Positions 23,228 to 32,836 of a DNA stretch of 64,000 nucleotides are shown here, one piece after another. The translations under genes were made by a program, and so were the position numbers. Origin of the DNA: a virus; the IMG/VR virus record IMGVR_UViG_3300025610_000001. The stretch is one strand, 5' to 3'. The notes below the pieces were generated by a model. That model ran no database searches, had not been told where the DNA came from, and was given only the letters and a program-made list of their open reading frames with translations. Each line of letters begins with the position of its first letter. Within the stretch, counting starts at the first letter, position 1.

Positions 23228-24865
23228 ATGGTGGAAGAGAAACGAAGATTCTCCATTACTAACTTGTTTAGACGTTCTACTCCCAAACCTGCCGATAGGC
23301 AAATTTTTAACATTGGTATTCAAGAAAGAAGAAACCAACAAATGATGACAGCACCAATCATTTATTCAATGGTGCAACAGTCTGTTATTGTGAGAACTTG
23401 TGTTACTCAATTAAAGCAAGAAATCTTCAGAAGAGGATATGTTTGGGAAAAGGCATATGAAGCACTTTGTCAAAGTTGTGGTAAAAAACATAAAAAACCT
23501 GTTACAGAATGTTCTCGATGTAATTCAACAGAATTGAGATTACCAGACCCAAAACAATTAGAATACATAGAAAAATTCTTAGATAGATACGTTAATAAAT
23601 CTGAACAATTATTTATTGATGTTCTTCGAGAACTTGAAGATGATTTGAATACAATGGATGATGCATACATTGTAATGGTAAAGGAATATTTCTTAGACGG
23701 AAACGGTAAAATAAGAATGCATCGAGTTAAAGAATTATATCGGGGCGACCCAGTAACTATGTATATTTATGCTGATGAGAATGGCGTAAGAGGAACTAAA
23801 GGTTTTACTTGCGTAAATCATCGTTCAATTATTGCCACTGAGCCACATGAAATGTGTGAAGCCTGTAATAGTAATTTATTTCCTATTCATTATGTAAATA
23901 GAGTTGGAGGGGAAGACCAATACTTCTTAGAGGGAGAAGTTCTTCACTTTAGCAAATACAGTCCATCTCGACTTTACGGATTATCTCCGATTTTAACTCT
24001 CTATAATCATATTATGACATTGATTGCTATGGAGAATTACGTCAATTCATCTTATACAAAGAGCAGAATGCCGAGAGGTTTGTTAGCAGTACAGACAAGA
24101 AACATGGAGTCTATGCGCTCTTTTTGGAGGTCTGTTAAAGAAAAGATGGAACAAGACCCGCACTTCATTCCTGTCATGGGAATCGAGGCTGAGAACGGTA
24201 AAGGGGCAGTTGAATGGATTAAGTTCATGGATAGTCTGAAAGAGATGGACTACGTTTCAGTGAAGGATGATTTGAGAGATAGAATTTCAGCATTCTATGG
24301 TGTCAGTAAAGTATTTATGGCTGATAATACTACCAGTGGTGGATTAAACAACGAAGGTATGCAAATTCTTGTAACAAATAGAGCAGTTCAAATGGCTCAA
24401 AATGTCTACAATAATTATGTATTCCCGTTTTTGGTCAAACAATTCGGTATTACTGATTGGGAATTAAAACTACCACCAAGCGAAGAAGAAGATGAAATTG
24501 CAGTATTGCGTAAAAGAGAAATTGAAGTTAATATTGCGGCATCAATTAAGAATTTAGGATTTGAAATAGATATGGATGAAGATGGAAACTTTACCTATAC
24601 TAAACCAGAACCCGAAGAACCTGAACAAACAGAAGAAGGTGAAGATGTGGAGAAAGACCCATTAGCAGGTTCTAATTTAGACCAAAGAGATATTGATGAA
24701 CAAAATAGACAATTCGCAGAAGGTGGAAGTAAACCTCAAGAAAATCCACCTGCTACAAGAAATAAGCCATCAATGAGTACTGGCCCAGATAAAAGATTTC
24801 AAGGATTACCTGAAGATGCAGGTAATCAAAACGTAGATAGAAGAAGTGAAAGGAGAGTTGGTTAA
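23228..24865 (+). CDS. Portal protein with two Cys/His clusters
   Basis: 545 aa. Conserved-looking portal core (MENYVNSSYTKSRMPRGLL...ISAFYGVSKVFMAD) and an acidic C-terminus. Lies downstream of terL. Confidence 0.8.
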   Translation: MVEEKRRFSITNLFRRSTPKPADRQIFNIGIQERRNQQMMTAPIIYSMVQQSVIVRTCVTQLKQEIFRRGYVWEKAYEALCQSCGKKHKKPVTECSRCNSTELRLPDPKQLEYIEKFLDRYVNKSEQLFIDVLRELEDDLNTMDDAYIVMVKEYFLDGNGKIRMHRVKELYRGDPVTMYIYADENGVRGTKGFTCVNHRSIIATEPHEMCEACNSNLFPIHYVNRVGGEDQYFLEGEVLHFSKYSPSRLYGLSPILTLYNHIMTLIAMENYVNSSYTKSRMPRGLLAVQTRNMESMRSFWRSVKEKMEQDPHFIPVMGIEAENGKGAVEWIKFMDSLKEMDYVSVKDDLRDRISAFYGVSKVFMADNTTSGGLNNEGMQILVTNRAVQMAQNVYNNYVFPFLVKQFGITDWELKLPPSEEEDEIAVLRKREIEVNIAASIKNLGFEIDMDEDGNFTYTKPEPEEPEQTEEGEDVEKDPLAGSNLDQRDIDEQNRQFAEGGSKPQENPPATRNKPSMSTGPDKRFQGLPEDAGNQNVDRRSERRVG

Positions 24866-24866
24866 T

Positions 24867-25094
24867 ATGAAAGAAGATAACAAACAAAAAGAAATTAGGC
24901 TAAGAAAAGAATTAACAAAGGTAAAGGCGCAAAATGCAAGTGAATCAAGAAAGATTACAAAGAACCGTGATTTTTCTGTTGGTGGCATTCCACCAGATAC
25001 TACGCATAAGCGCACAAATACATCAAATGATGTTCCTGATGCAATTCTCTTGCCATCGAAGCGAAGAGGAAAGAAAGAAAACATTCCATTTTGA
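24867..25094 (+). CDS. Small basic protein, 75 aa
   Basis: Trimmed from 24846. The ATG follows the portal stop by 1 nt. Confidence 0.6.
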   Translation: MKEDNKQKEIRLRKELTKVKAQNASESRKITKNRDFSVGGIPPDTTHKRTNTSNDVPDAILLPSKRRGKKENIPF

Positions 25095-25104
25095 GGCGAT
25101 ATAA

Positions 25105-27930
25105 GTGTCTTATTCTGAAATTCTTAGAAAGAGAACAGATGATGACCAGCGACAGCAAGATGAGAGAATGTTAGACCAAGCCTCTAAAGAACAACAAGAT
25201 AAAGTTAAAACTGAATTTAGAGATATAAAAAATAAATATGCTAGATTACAAGAATTATATAATGATATTGAGCCAGTTTTAAAAACTATTAATTTTACTT
25301 TGGGAAGAAGAAACAAAATTCAAAGTTTTTATCGTAATATAGAAATTCAAGATGTAATGTCAAAAAAATCATTTGATTATCTTTTGTCTGAAATATTTAA
25401 TATGAAGGATAAAGATGCAGACTATTATCAAAAACAATTGTCTAATTCTATTGGTAGATTTGCTATGAGTACTCCCGATGGCAGTTTTACTCTTGATGGT
25501 ACTGATGAATCTACTGTTAGTGTAGGAGAATTAGGTAAAAACTTAAAAGAATTAGCAAACAGTGAAATTGATGGAGTACCTTTTGAAAAAGCAATTAGTT
25601 TTATTTATAGAAAAACTTTTGGTCAGCAACTAATTAGAAGTAGAGAAGAGTTGCGTGAAAAAAGACAGAATTTAAAAGATATGAAAAAACTTGTTGGTGA
25701 AATTGGAAAAACAAGAAGAACAGGTAGAAGATTACCTAAAGATTTTAAAGATGTTGATATAAGAGCAACTAAAGGCGATACATATGCTCATAAAACAGAA
25801 AAAGACAAAGATGGCAGACCCAAAGAAATTTCTGAAAAAGAATATAAAAATTTAAATGAAGAACAACAACAAGAATACAAGAGAAAGGATTATCTTGAAG
25901 GAGATGTTGCAGAATTAGATGATAAGTTTGCAATATCTACTGCTAAGAAATTAGTAGAACAAATTGAAAAGAACTTTGCTCCTACGACTTACAAAGGTTT
26001 TGAAGAATTTAACCTTCTTGGAGCATTACCAGAAAATCCTGAAGAATACATCAGAAAGAAGTTTAACAATCTAAGAGACACTTTAGAGTCGGAAATTCAA
26101 AGTTTTTTATTAAATACAATAGAAACATCCAAAACAATCAAAAAAGAAAGAAAAGTTAAAATTTTAACATATCTTTCTACATTCACTGATAGATTTAATA
26201 TTAGTGAAATCGAAACACAAAGTGTAGATAAAATAGTAGATAAAATAAACTTTGATGATTTAATAGTACAAGCCAAGAAAAATAGACAAGAGTGGTTAAA
26301 ACCCAAAAAAAGCGGAAAGGTTTCCAAAGTCATTAAGCAATATGAAAAAGTAGTAAATTCAATAGTTGATAAAAAAATAATGCCGACTAACGCAGACCTA
26401 TTAAGCGATAAAATAAGAAAAAGTAATGAAGAGTCTTCTGATGTGTTAATAAAAGCAATTGCTAAAGTATTTGAAGAAATACCAAAAAGAAACGAACTAG
26501 AAAAAATTCTTGGAGGTAAAAGTGCTTCACCTCTTGAAAAAGCAACAAGTTTAGTTACAAAGTCGAAAAAGAATTTTGGTAGATTTATGCTTATGTATAA
26601 TGCTTTTAATTCTTCGGATATTATAGATTATTATGAAAACTTTCAAGAACAGGTAGATGAACTTCTTTCTAAAATAAAAGAAGAAATTGAACTGTTTCCT
26701 TCTGGAAAGGAACAAACAGATGCTCTTGTTTCTGTATTAGATGAAGACTTTATAGAAGATTTTTTGAATACAATAAGAGATAATGCGGTGGAATCCATAG
26801 AAGAAGTATTAAGACTTGAAAAGGAAAGATACCTCAACAAAGATAAATATTCTCCCAGTGAATTAAGAAAGAACATTTCTTATTTAAGAGAAAACATAGA
26901 AGATGATGGCATCAAAAAACAATTAGATGATATTCTTGCTTCTGAGGTATTTAGAATGTTTTTATCATCTAGAGTAAAATCACCTGATTCCAAAGGTAGA
27001 AGAGAACAAATTAAAGAGTCATTTGAAAGGACAATTTCTGAATACAAGAAATATGAACTTTCTCAAGATGAAAAAATTAAAAAGGCTAGGAAACTTCTAA
27101 AAGATATGTTTTCTCAACCTAATGATGATGACCCTGAATTTAAACAAAACTCAGAAGTTGCGATTAAAGTTAGAGAATACGAAGAAAAATTCATTGGAGT
27201 ATTAGAAGCATACAATGAATTAATTGTAAACAACGATGTTGCTGAGATTGCTACTGTTAAAGATACACTTAAGCAACTAAGTATTTTTGTGAAAGACCCT
27301 AGAGAAATTGAACTTAAACCATTAAATGAAAAAATGTTCACCTATGATAAAGAAAAGGTCTTAAGAAAAATTATTACAAAAATTAATGCAATTACTGATA
27401 CTACTGGATTAGTTGGAAGAAAATCATATAGAACAAGTGAAACTGTTTCAGAAAAGAGAATCAATCCAAAAAAGAGATACAACTATTCTCTTAATTTCTC
27501 ACAAAAAGTATTCGATACAATGTTCGACAAAGACAACTTTGAAGAACAAATAATTAATCATTTAGAAGGCAAAGTATTCACAACAGGAATATTTCCATCA
27601 CTTAAGCCAACTGCTGATGCTTTAGTTAGACAAGTTAAGGAATTAGTAGAATATGACATTCAAGAAAGAATCCCGTTAGGCCCACTAAGAGAAGGAGAGG
27701 AACGAGATTTAAATTTAAATGAACAAATTAAGGGTGTAATTCGTAGGGCAATCGAAAGAACCAAAGAAGGAATTACAAAATTAGAAAATAAAAATACTGA
27801 TGATATAGAAAGGCTATCAAAGGGAGAAGGTATAGAAAGAGCAATAAGAAACGTTATCGCCTCAAGAAATAACCTTATCTCTCAATTTGTAAAAGACATC
27901 GAAGAACTAGAAAAATACATAGGAGAATGA
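25105..27930 (+). CDS. Large K/E-rich orphan protein, 941 aa, with a Tyr-variant tag (MSYSEILRKR)
   Basis: Track ORF with a GTG start. Confidence 0.8.
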   Translation: MSYSEILRKRTDDDQRQQDERMLDQASKEQQDKVKTEFRDIKNKYARLQELYNDIEPVLKTINFTLGRRNKIQSFYRNIEIQDVMSKKSFDYLLSEIFNMKDKDADYYQKQLSNSIGRFAMSTPDGSFTLDGTDESTVSVGELGKNLKELANSEIDGVPFEKAISFIYRKTFGQQLIRSREELREKRQNLKDMKKLVGEIGKTRRTGRRLPKDFKDVDIRATKGDTYAHKTEKDKDGRPKEISEKEYKNLNEEQQQEYKRKDYLEGDVAELDDKFAISTAKKLVEQIEKNFAPTTYKGFEEFNLLGALPENPEEYIRKKFNNLRDTLESEIQSFLLNTIETSKTIKKERKVKILTYLSTFTDRFNISEIETQSVDKIVDKINFDDLIVQAKKNRQEWLKPKKSGKVSKVIKQYEKVVNSIVDKKIMPTNADLLSDKIRKSNEESSDVLIKAIAKVFEEIPKRNELEKILGGKSASPLEKATSLVTKSKKNFGRFMLMYNAFNSSDIIDYYENFQEQVDELLSKIKEEIELFPSGKEQTDALVSVLDEDFIEDFLNTIRDNAVESIEEVLRLEKERYLNKDKYSPSELRKNISYLRENIEDDGIKKQLDDILASEVFRMFLSSRVKSPDSKGRREQIKESFERTISEYKKYELSQDEKIKKARKLLKDMFSQPNDDDPEFKQNSEVAIKVREYEEKFIGVLEAYNELIVNNDVAEIATVKDTLKQLSIFVKDPREIELKPLNEKMFTYDKEKVLRKIITKINAITDTTGLVGRKSYRTSETVSEKRINPKKRYNYSLNFSQKVFDTMFDKDNFEEQIINHLEGKVFTTGIFPSLKPTADALVRQVKELVEYDIQERIPLGPLREGEERDLNLNEQIKGVIRRAIERTKEGITKLENKNTDDIERLSKGEGIERAIRNVIASRNNLISQFVKDIEELEKYIGE

Positions 27931-28298
27931 ATAAAATGACATGGGATTTTTATGAAACTGGAGAGGAATTTATCCTCAAAGAAAAAGAAGTAAAGAAAGA
28001 ACTTTTGGACACATTAAGCCCAAAAGAAAAAAAGCGCATTAAGAAGATTTTACAGTCAGCACAGCCGACTGAATTTTTTGGTCAAGACTTTACGAAGTTA
28101 GGTGAGTTAGTCGGTGAACTTAAATCATTAAACTTCATTAAATCAGATGACAAACTAAAGAAGAAAATGAAAGGCATGGATGAGCGCAATGTAGATATAG
28201 TAGCCTCCGCATCCAAACTTCGTAAGGAGTATGAATTGCTCTATCGTCAATTGCGAGATTTAATCTATCCTAAAGGTAAAAAGGAGGAAAAGAAATGA
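27927..28298 (+). CDS. Hypothetical protein, 123 aa
   Basis: Track ORF. An alternative start at ATG 27936 gives MTWDFYE. Confidence 0.7.
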   Translation: MNKMTWDFYETGEEFILKEKEVKKELLDTLSPKEKKRIKKILQSAQPTEFFGQDFTKLGELVGELKSLNFIKSDDKLKKKMKGMDERNVDIVASASKLRKEYELLYRQLRDLIYPKGKKEEKK

Positions 28299-28537
28299 CA
28301 GAAGAAAACAAGGTAAGTAACGACATTTTGGCTATATTGAAAGCCCTAACAGATAAAATTGAATCATTAGAGAGAACAGTTTATGCAAAGGATAATTTGC
28401 TAATGAAATCTGGTCTTGTTGTTTCTGAAAGCCCTACTCCAACAATGGATAATAAGATTGCTTCACCCGTTGGTGATGTAGCAAACATGGAATGGTCTGA
28501 AATTCACAAAATGGTAGAAAAGGTAGGAGGTCAATAA
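28295..28537 (+). CDS. Scaffold-like small protein, 80 aa, with the C-terminal peptide MEWSEIHKMV
   Basis: The helical N-terminal half and the C-terminal peptide are shared with the protease-scaffold protein. Confidence 0.5.
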   Translation: MTEENKVSNDILAILKALTDKIESLERTVYAKDNLLMKSGLVVSESPTPTMDNKIASPVGDVANMEWSEIHKMVEKVGGQ

Positions 28538-28538
28538 T

Positions 28539-29069
28539 ATGCCCGAAAGAGTAACAAAAGAAGAAAGAATGGTTACTTTAGCCATTGAGAAAGCAAGAAA
28601 GACAATTGAAACATTAAGGGAATCAACTCAAGTTATTCCCGTTGATACAGAAGTAGAAGTTCAAAAGATTAAGCGACCTAAAGTTCAAGATGCTTCAAAG
28701 ATTACAAATCAAACCCAAGACAAAGAAGGTTATGGTTTAGCAGGTGAATCTTTAAAAAAGGCAAAATTTCAAGGGCCACCTAGAAAAAACATAGGTAGTA
28801 AGTATCAAGATACAGTATTGACAATAAAACTAAAAGATACTGTGCAAAACATTAATAGCATATTAAAGGGGTCAGAATCTATTAATAACATTGATGCTTT
28901 GAAGAGAATAATTAAACGCGCTCAGAAAGAATTAGATAAAATTGATGAAGTTCTCTTAGATGCGGCAAAATATGGAAAAGGCAACCCCCGAACCGTTACT
29001 GATAGAACAGATAGTAAAAATTTATCAATAGCAGGTGCTAAATACGACAAAAATAGAAGTTTTGAGTGA
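28539..29069 (+). CDS. Hypothetical protein, 176 aa
   Basis: Track ORF. Confidence 0.7.
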   Translation: MPERVTKEERMVTLAIEKARKTIETLRESTQVIPVDTEVEVQKIKRPKVQDASKITNQTQDKEGYGLAGESLKKAKFQGPPRKNIGSKYQDTVLTIKLKDTVQNINSILKGSESINNIDALKRIIKRAQKELDKIDEVLLDAAKYGKGNPRTVTDRTDSKNLSIAGAKYDKNRSFE

Positions 29070-29075
29070 TAATTC

Positions 29076-31589
29076 ATGCCTCTTCTCATTGAAAAGGATA
29101 AGGACTCTTCTGAAAAGATTATACGTCTTTTCGAGAAAACAAGAGTCGCTTATCTATCTGCTCGCACCGACCCCAAAGAATATGGGAATAGGTGGCGTAA
29201 AGCAATTGATGACATTAGAGAACTCTATGAAGAACTCAATGAATTTAGCAAGGAATTAAAACAATTCATACAAGAAGATGAATTAGAAAACAAAGAAGCA
29301 AAAGACCCAACAAGTAATATCGCTGAAAAGATTTACAACGGTATTAAAGAAATGCGTTTTGGTTCTGAATTAATTGAAGACCCTTTTGCTAAAAACTTCA
29401 AAGGCGATGTTCTTGAAGCATTACTTGAATCTCCAGAAACTATGATTAAATTTGTCCACTATGCTCTAAGGGCTGACAATAAATCCCTACCAAAAGAGAT
29501 TTGGAGCATTAAAGATATGCAACCCGACACGATAACTGAGGGTCTAACGGGACTTGACCTAGATGAAGACGATATTGCTCTCTACATTATCGAACAGTAT
29601 GGGGATGAAAAAGACTCAAAGAAGGTTGAAAGCAAAGTTAAATCAGCCTTAGAGATGTTAGAAACTTTATTCTTCTCCAAGTATAGTGAAGAAGAATTCG
29701 ATGAACTGAAAGACATTGAAGGTATTGAGAAGGCTGAAAAATCAGAAGACGAAAAGGCTGAATCAGACTTCCTTATTCCAAACAAACCTATGTATCGAAT
29801 CTTTGAGATTGACGATATGAAGGAATTAAAAGGTTTTAGTGGAGAATATATTATACAAGAAAAATACGATGGTATGAGAATACAGTTACATAAGATAGAT
29901 GATAACGTAAAGGTATTCTCATACAATGGTAACAATATTTCAGATAAGTGCCAAGAACAAATCAAAGAATTAAAGAAAAAGAAATACGGAGATTGCATTC
30001 TTGATGCAGAATTGATTCTATTTGATGGAGATGAAGCCCTACATCGGGCCGATACAATTGCACATATCTTTAAAGGTAAATATCCTGATGCAAAGGTAAG
30101 AGCGCACGTTTTTGATATTATGCGACACAACGAACAAAATCTTGTTGAAGAAGAATTAAAAGACAGAATCACTATTCTATTCAACAATTATGCATCACAT
30201 TCCACAGAATCAATAGAGTTCCCTTCAAAGAAAGATACTCGAACTGCTGATAATTTAAAAGATGTTGAAGAATATTCAAAAGAAATTATGGAGATGCCGA
30301 CATCAGAAGGAGTAGTAATTAAAGACTCTACATCAACATATTTTATAGGAACAAAAAAGAATCCTAAGTGGATTAAATGGAAGAAGTTTGTTGATTTAGA
30401 TTTAGTTGTTCTTGATAAGAAAACTACAAAATCCAATCTCAATTCTTATACTTTAGGCGCAGGGCCAGCAGAAGGAGAAGGTAAATTCTTTACTGAAATA
30501 GAAGGAAAAACCTACATGAATGTTGGAAAGGCTCTCAATACAAAAATAGAAGTAGACGTTGGAGATATTATTCGAGTTAAGGTTGATGAAGTCAAAAAGA
30601 ATGGAGATAGATATACTTTGTTTTCTGCGAAGGTTATTGAAGTTCCTGAAGTTGAATATCCAGATAAACTTGTAACATTAGAGATGCTTTCACAAGATAC
30701 TAAGAAGTCATTAAATTATGACGTAAAGGCATTAGAAAAAGGAATTAGAATCACAGACCACATACACGGTGAAGCAGATATTATTGTAAAATCAGATTTA
30801 GATGGTTTTACAATTTATGGTTTTGATGAAAGCAATCTAATGTCTAAGAATGCTATAATTGATATGGATATGTGGAAGTCAAAAGTCGAAGAGATTATGA
30901 AGACTAAGCAATCTAAATTGACTCAAATTGTCTTCAATTACCTAAAAAACATGGGTTCAAAAGAACCAAAAGAAATTCACAATTTCCTAACAAAGAAACA
31001 TAGTTCAGTTTATGAGGATATTCTTGAAGGAAAAATGTCAAGAGTCAAAGATTGGTTTGAAAATAGAGATGGCATTGGCTATGATACAAAAACCAAAAAA
31101 CTCTTTGCTGAAGAAGATAAAATTATCAAAGAACCTGAATTACTAAAAGCATATAAAACTCCAGAAAAATATAGAGAAGGGGAGTTTAAAGTATATCTTA
31201 GAAAAGATGATAACCTAAACATTGCCATGAAACTAGATGACGAAACAATCAACTGGTTTGTAAAATTAGAAAGTGATGATAATATATTTGATTTGTTTGG
31301 TAAAGCAGGTAAATATCCAGCAGAAGTAGCAAAGACTTCTTCAAGAGAAAAGGTAGTTGATTCTGGTTCTGTGAAATTAGGTGTCCAAAAAGAAGGCTAT
31401 CATGAATATTTCTTAAATGGTAATAAATTCCAAACTAAAATTCACTTTAGAGTTGTAGAGAGTAAAGGTGATAAAATGTGGATTGCTTGGACTGGCTACA
31501 AACAAGAACCTGCTGACGACGATGAGGACAAGGGATTGTGGAATATCTATGAAGATAGGTATAACTCCTTGACCATACCGACTGAATAA
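29076..31589 (+). CDS. ATP-dependent DNA ligase core with large N- and C-terminal extensions, 837 aa
   Basis: Motif I EKYDGMR (KxDG), motif III ILDAELILF, motif IV EGVVIKD, motif V KWIKWKK. Confidence 0.8.
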   Translation: MPLLIEKDKDSSEKIIRLFEKTRVAYLSARTDPKEYGNRWRKAIDDIRELYEELNEFSKELKQFIQEDELENKEAKDPTSNIAEKIYNGIKEMRFGSELIEDPFAKNFKGDVLEALLESPETMIKFVHYALRADNKSLPKEIWSIKDMQPDTITEGLTGLDLDEDDIALYIIEQYGDEKDSKKVESKVKSALEMLETLFFSKYSEEEFDELKDIEGIEKAEKSEDEKAESDFLIPNKPMYRIFEIDDMKELKGFSGEYIIQEKYDGMRIQLHKIDDNVKVFSYNGNNISDKCQEQIKELKKKKYGDCILDAELILFDGDEALHRADTIAHIFKGKYPDAKVRAHVFDIMRHNEQNLVEEELKDRITILFNNYASHSTESIEFPSKKDTRTADNLKDVEEYSKEIMEMPTSEGVVIKDSTSTYFIGTKKNPKWIKWKKFVDLDLVVLDKKTTKSNLNSYTLGAGPAEGEGKFFTEIEGKTYMNVGKALNTKIEVDVGDIIRVKVDEVKKNGDRYTLFSAKVIEVPEVEYPDKLVTLEMLSQDTKKSLNYDVKALEKGIRITDHIHGEADIIVKSDLDGFTIYGFDESNLMSKNAIIDMDMWKSKVEEIMKTKQSKLTQIVFNYLKNMGSKEPKEIHNFLTKKHSSVYEDILEGKMSRVKDWFENRDGIGYDTKTKKLFAEEDKIIKEPELLKAYKTPEKYREGEFKVYLRKDDNLNIAMKLDDETINWFVKLESDDNIFDLFGKAGKYPAEVAKTSSREKVVDSGSVKLGVQKEGYHEYFLNGNKFQTKIHFRVVESKGDKMWIAWTGYKQEPADDDEDKGLWNIYEDRYNSLTIPTE

Positions 31590-31599
31590 TGCGTGGGTA

Positions 31600-31607
31600 T
31601 TATATAC
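31600..31607 (+). promoter_or_regulatory. TATA box TTATATAC 19 nt upstream of the protease ORF start
   Basis: Same box and spacer as the left-arm cassettes. The flanking ATACTCAAA is shared with P7. Confidence 0.5.
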
Positions 31608-31626
31608 TCAAATCAGATAAACTGGT

Positions 31627-32835
31627 TTGAACGACATGAGCATCAGTATTAGTGCATCCAGAAATGATGATTTTCTCATCATTAAAAGCGATGAACTGAT
31701 GATTGGTGGTTATGCTTCAATTGAAATTGTTGATAAGCAAAATGACTTAATCACGCTTAAAGCATTAAACGAAGCAGTTCAAAAATTTATGTCAAAGTCT
31801 GAATATAGAAATGTAATGACAAATCATTCAAATGTTCAAGTCGGAGAGGTAGTAGATTCATATAGAGATAAAACAGGGAGATTGTGGAAAACTGAAGTTG
31901 ATGACGTTGGTTTCTTTGTTGTAATTAAATTAAGAGATGATATAGAAAAAGCCAAAGAAGTTGGTAGAAACATTCGCAAAGGGTCATTAAGGTCTTTTAG
32001 CATTGGTGGACAGGCATTAAAAAAGTCTAAGAAAAACCACGACGAATTAGGAGAATATAACGAAATTAGTAAGTTAGAACTCCATGAAGTAACAATATGC
32101 GAAAAAGGAATTAATCCCGAAGCGAGATTCGATATTCTAAAACAGGATAAAGGAAGTGAAAAAATGTCTGATAAACTAGAAAAAGCATTGGAAGAATTAG
32201 ACGCATTGATGGAAGAAGTCAATACGTTGAGAAAGGAAGAAGAAGAAGAAGGAAAGGAAGCATTAGAAATGGCTGACCCTAAAACGGAAGAAATGGAAAT
32301 GTCTGATGAAAGTGAAGAAGAAATGGAATCTTCTGAATATGCTGATTTTGAAAGCGCAGATAAGGCATACCTCCGCACATTAGATGGTGCTGGTAATCAA
32401 ATCGGTGAACCTGCTGATAGAATCGTCATTAACAATGGTCGCCCGACATCTTCGGATATGCCTGTTGTTAAGGCATTCGGAAACAATGAGTTAGAAACTC
32501 TTGATTTGTCCGTTGGCAACATTGAGAAGGCTTACGAGGCTTTCCGACAAGAACAACTTGAAAAGTTGGCTTATGATAACTTGCAAAAGTCTTTTGAAGA
32601 CCGATTTGCAAGAGAAAAGAATGTAAGAGAGAATACTCTCGCAAAGTCGCAATATGACGCACAAAGCGAAATTGCTTCTCTAAAGGATGAATTTACAGCA
32701 TTGAGAAAGTCCTTAACTGCTGAAAAGGAAACAATCCTAAAGGCTCAAGAAGAGGCTAAGGTTGAACTCCCAAGTATTGATGATTTGGCCGAAATGGATT
32801 GGTCAGACATTCACAAGATGGTAGGAGGTTATTAA
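31627..32835 (+). CDS. HK97-type prohead protease fused to an acidic coiled-coil scaffold-like C-terminal half
   Basis: N-terminal GGYAS...DKQND...H...SFSIGG...HEVTICEKGINPEA pattern. E-rich C-terminal half ending MDWSDIHKMVGGY. The start is TTG 31627 or ATG 31636. Confidence 0.75.
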   Translation: MNDMSISISASRNDDFLIIKSDELMIGGYASIEIVDKQNDLITLKALNEAVQKFMSKSEYRNVMTNHSNVQVGEVVDSYRDKTGRLWKTEVDDVGFFVVIKLRDDIEKAKEVGRNIRKGSLRSFSIGGQALKKSKKNHDELGEYNEISKLELHEVTICEKGINPEARFDILKQDKGSEKMSDKLEKALEELDALMEEVNTLRKEEEEEGKEALEMADPKTEEMEMSDESEEEMESSEYADFESADKAYLRTLDGAGNQIGEPADRIVINNGRPTSSDMPVVKAFGNNELETLDLSVGNIEKAYEAFRQEQLEKLAYDNLQKSFEDRFAREKNVRENTLAKSQYDAQSEIASLKDEFTALRKSLTAEKETILKAQEEAKVELPSIDDLAEMDWSDIHKMVGGY

Positions 32836-32836
32836 G

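Noticed and set aside
29035-29259. Alternative-frame ORFs nested in real genes: 29035..29259, 9718..9921, 40869..41051, 44451..44642, 2072..2284, 343..537, 654..851 and 932..1120
   Set aside because: They are short, have no SD or junction motif, and are fully contained in longer ORFs with clear motifs or coupling signals.
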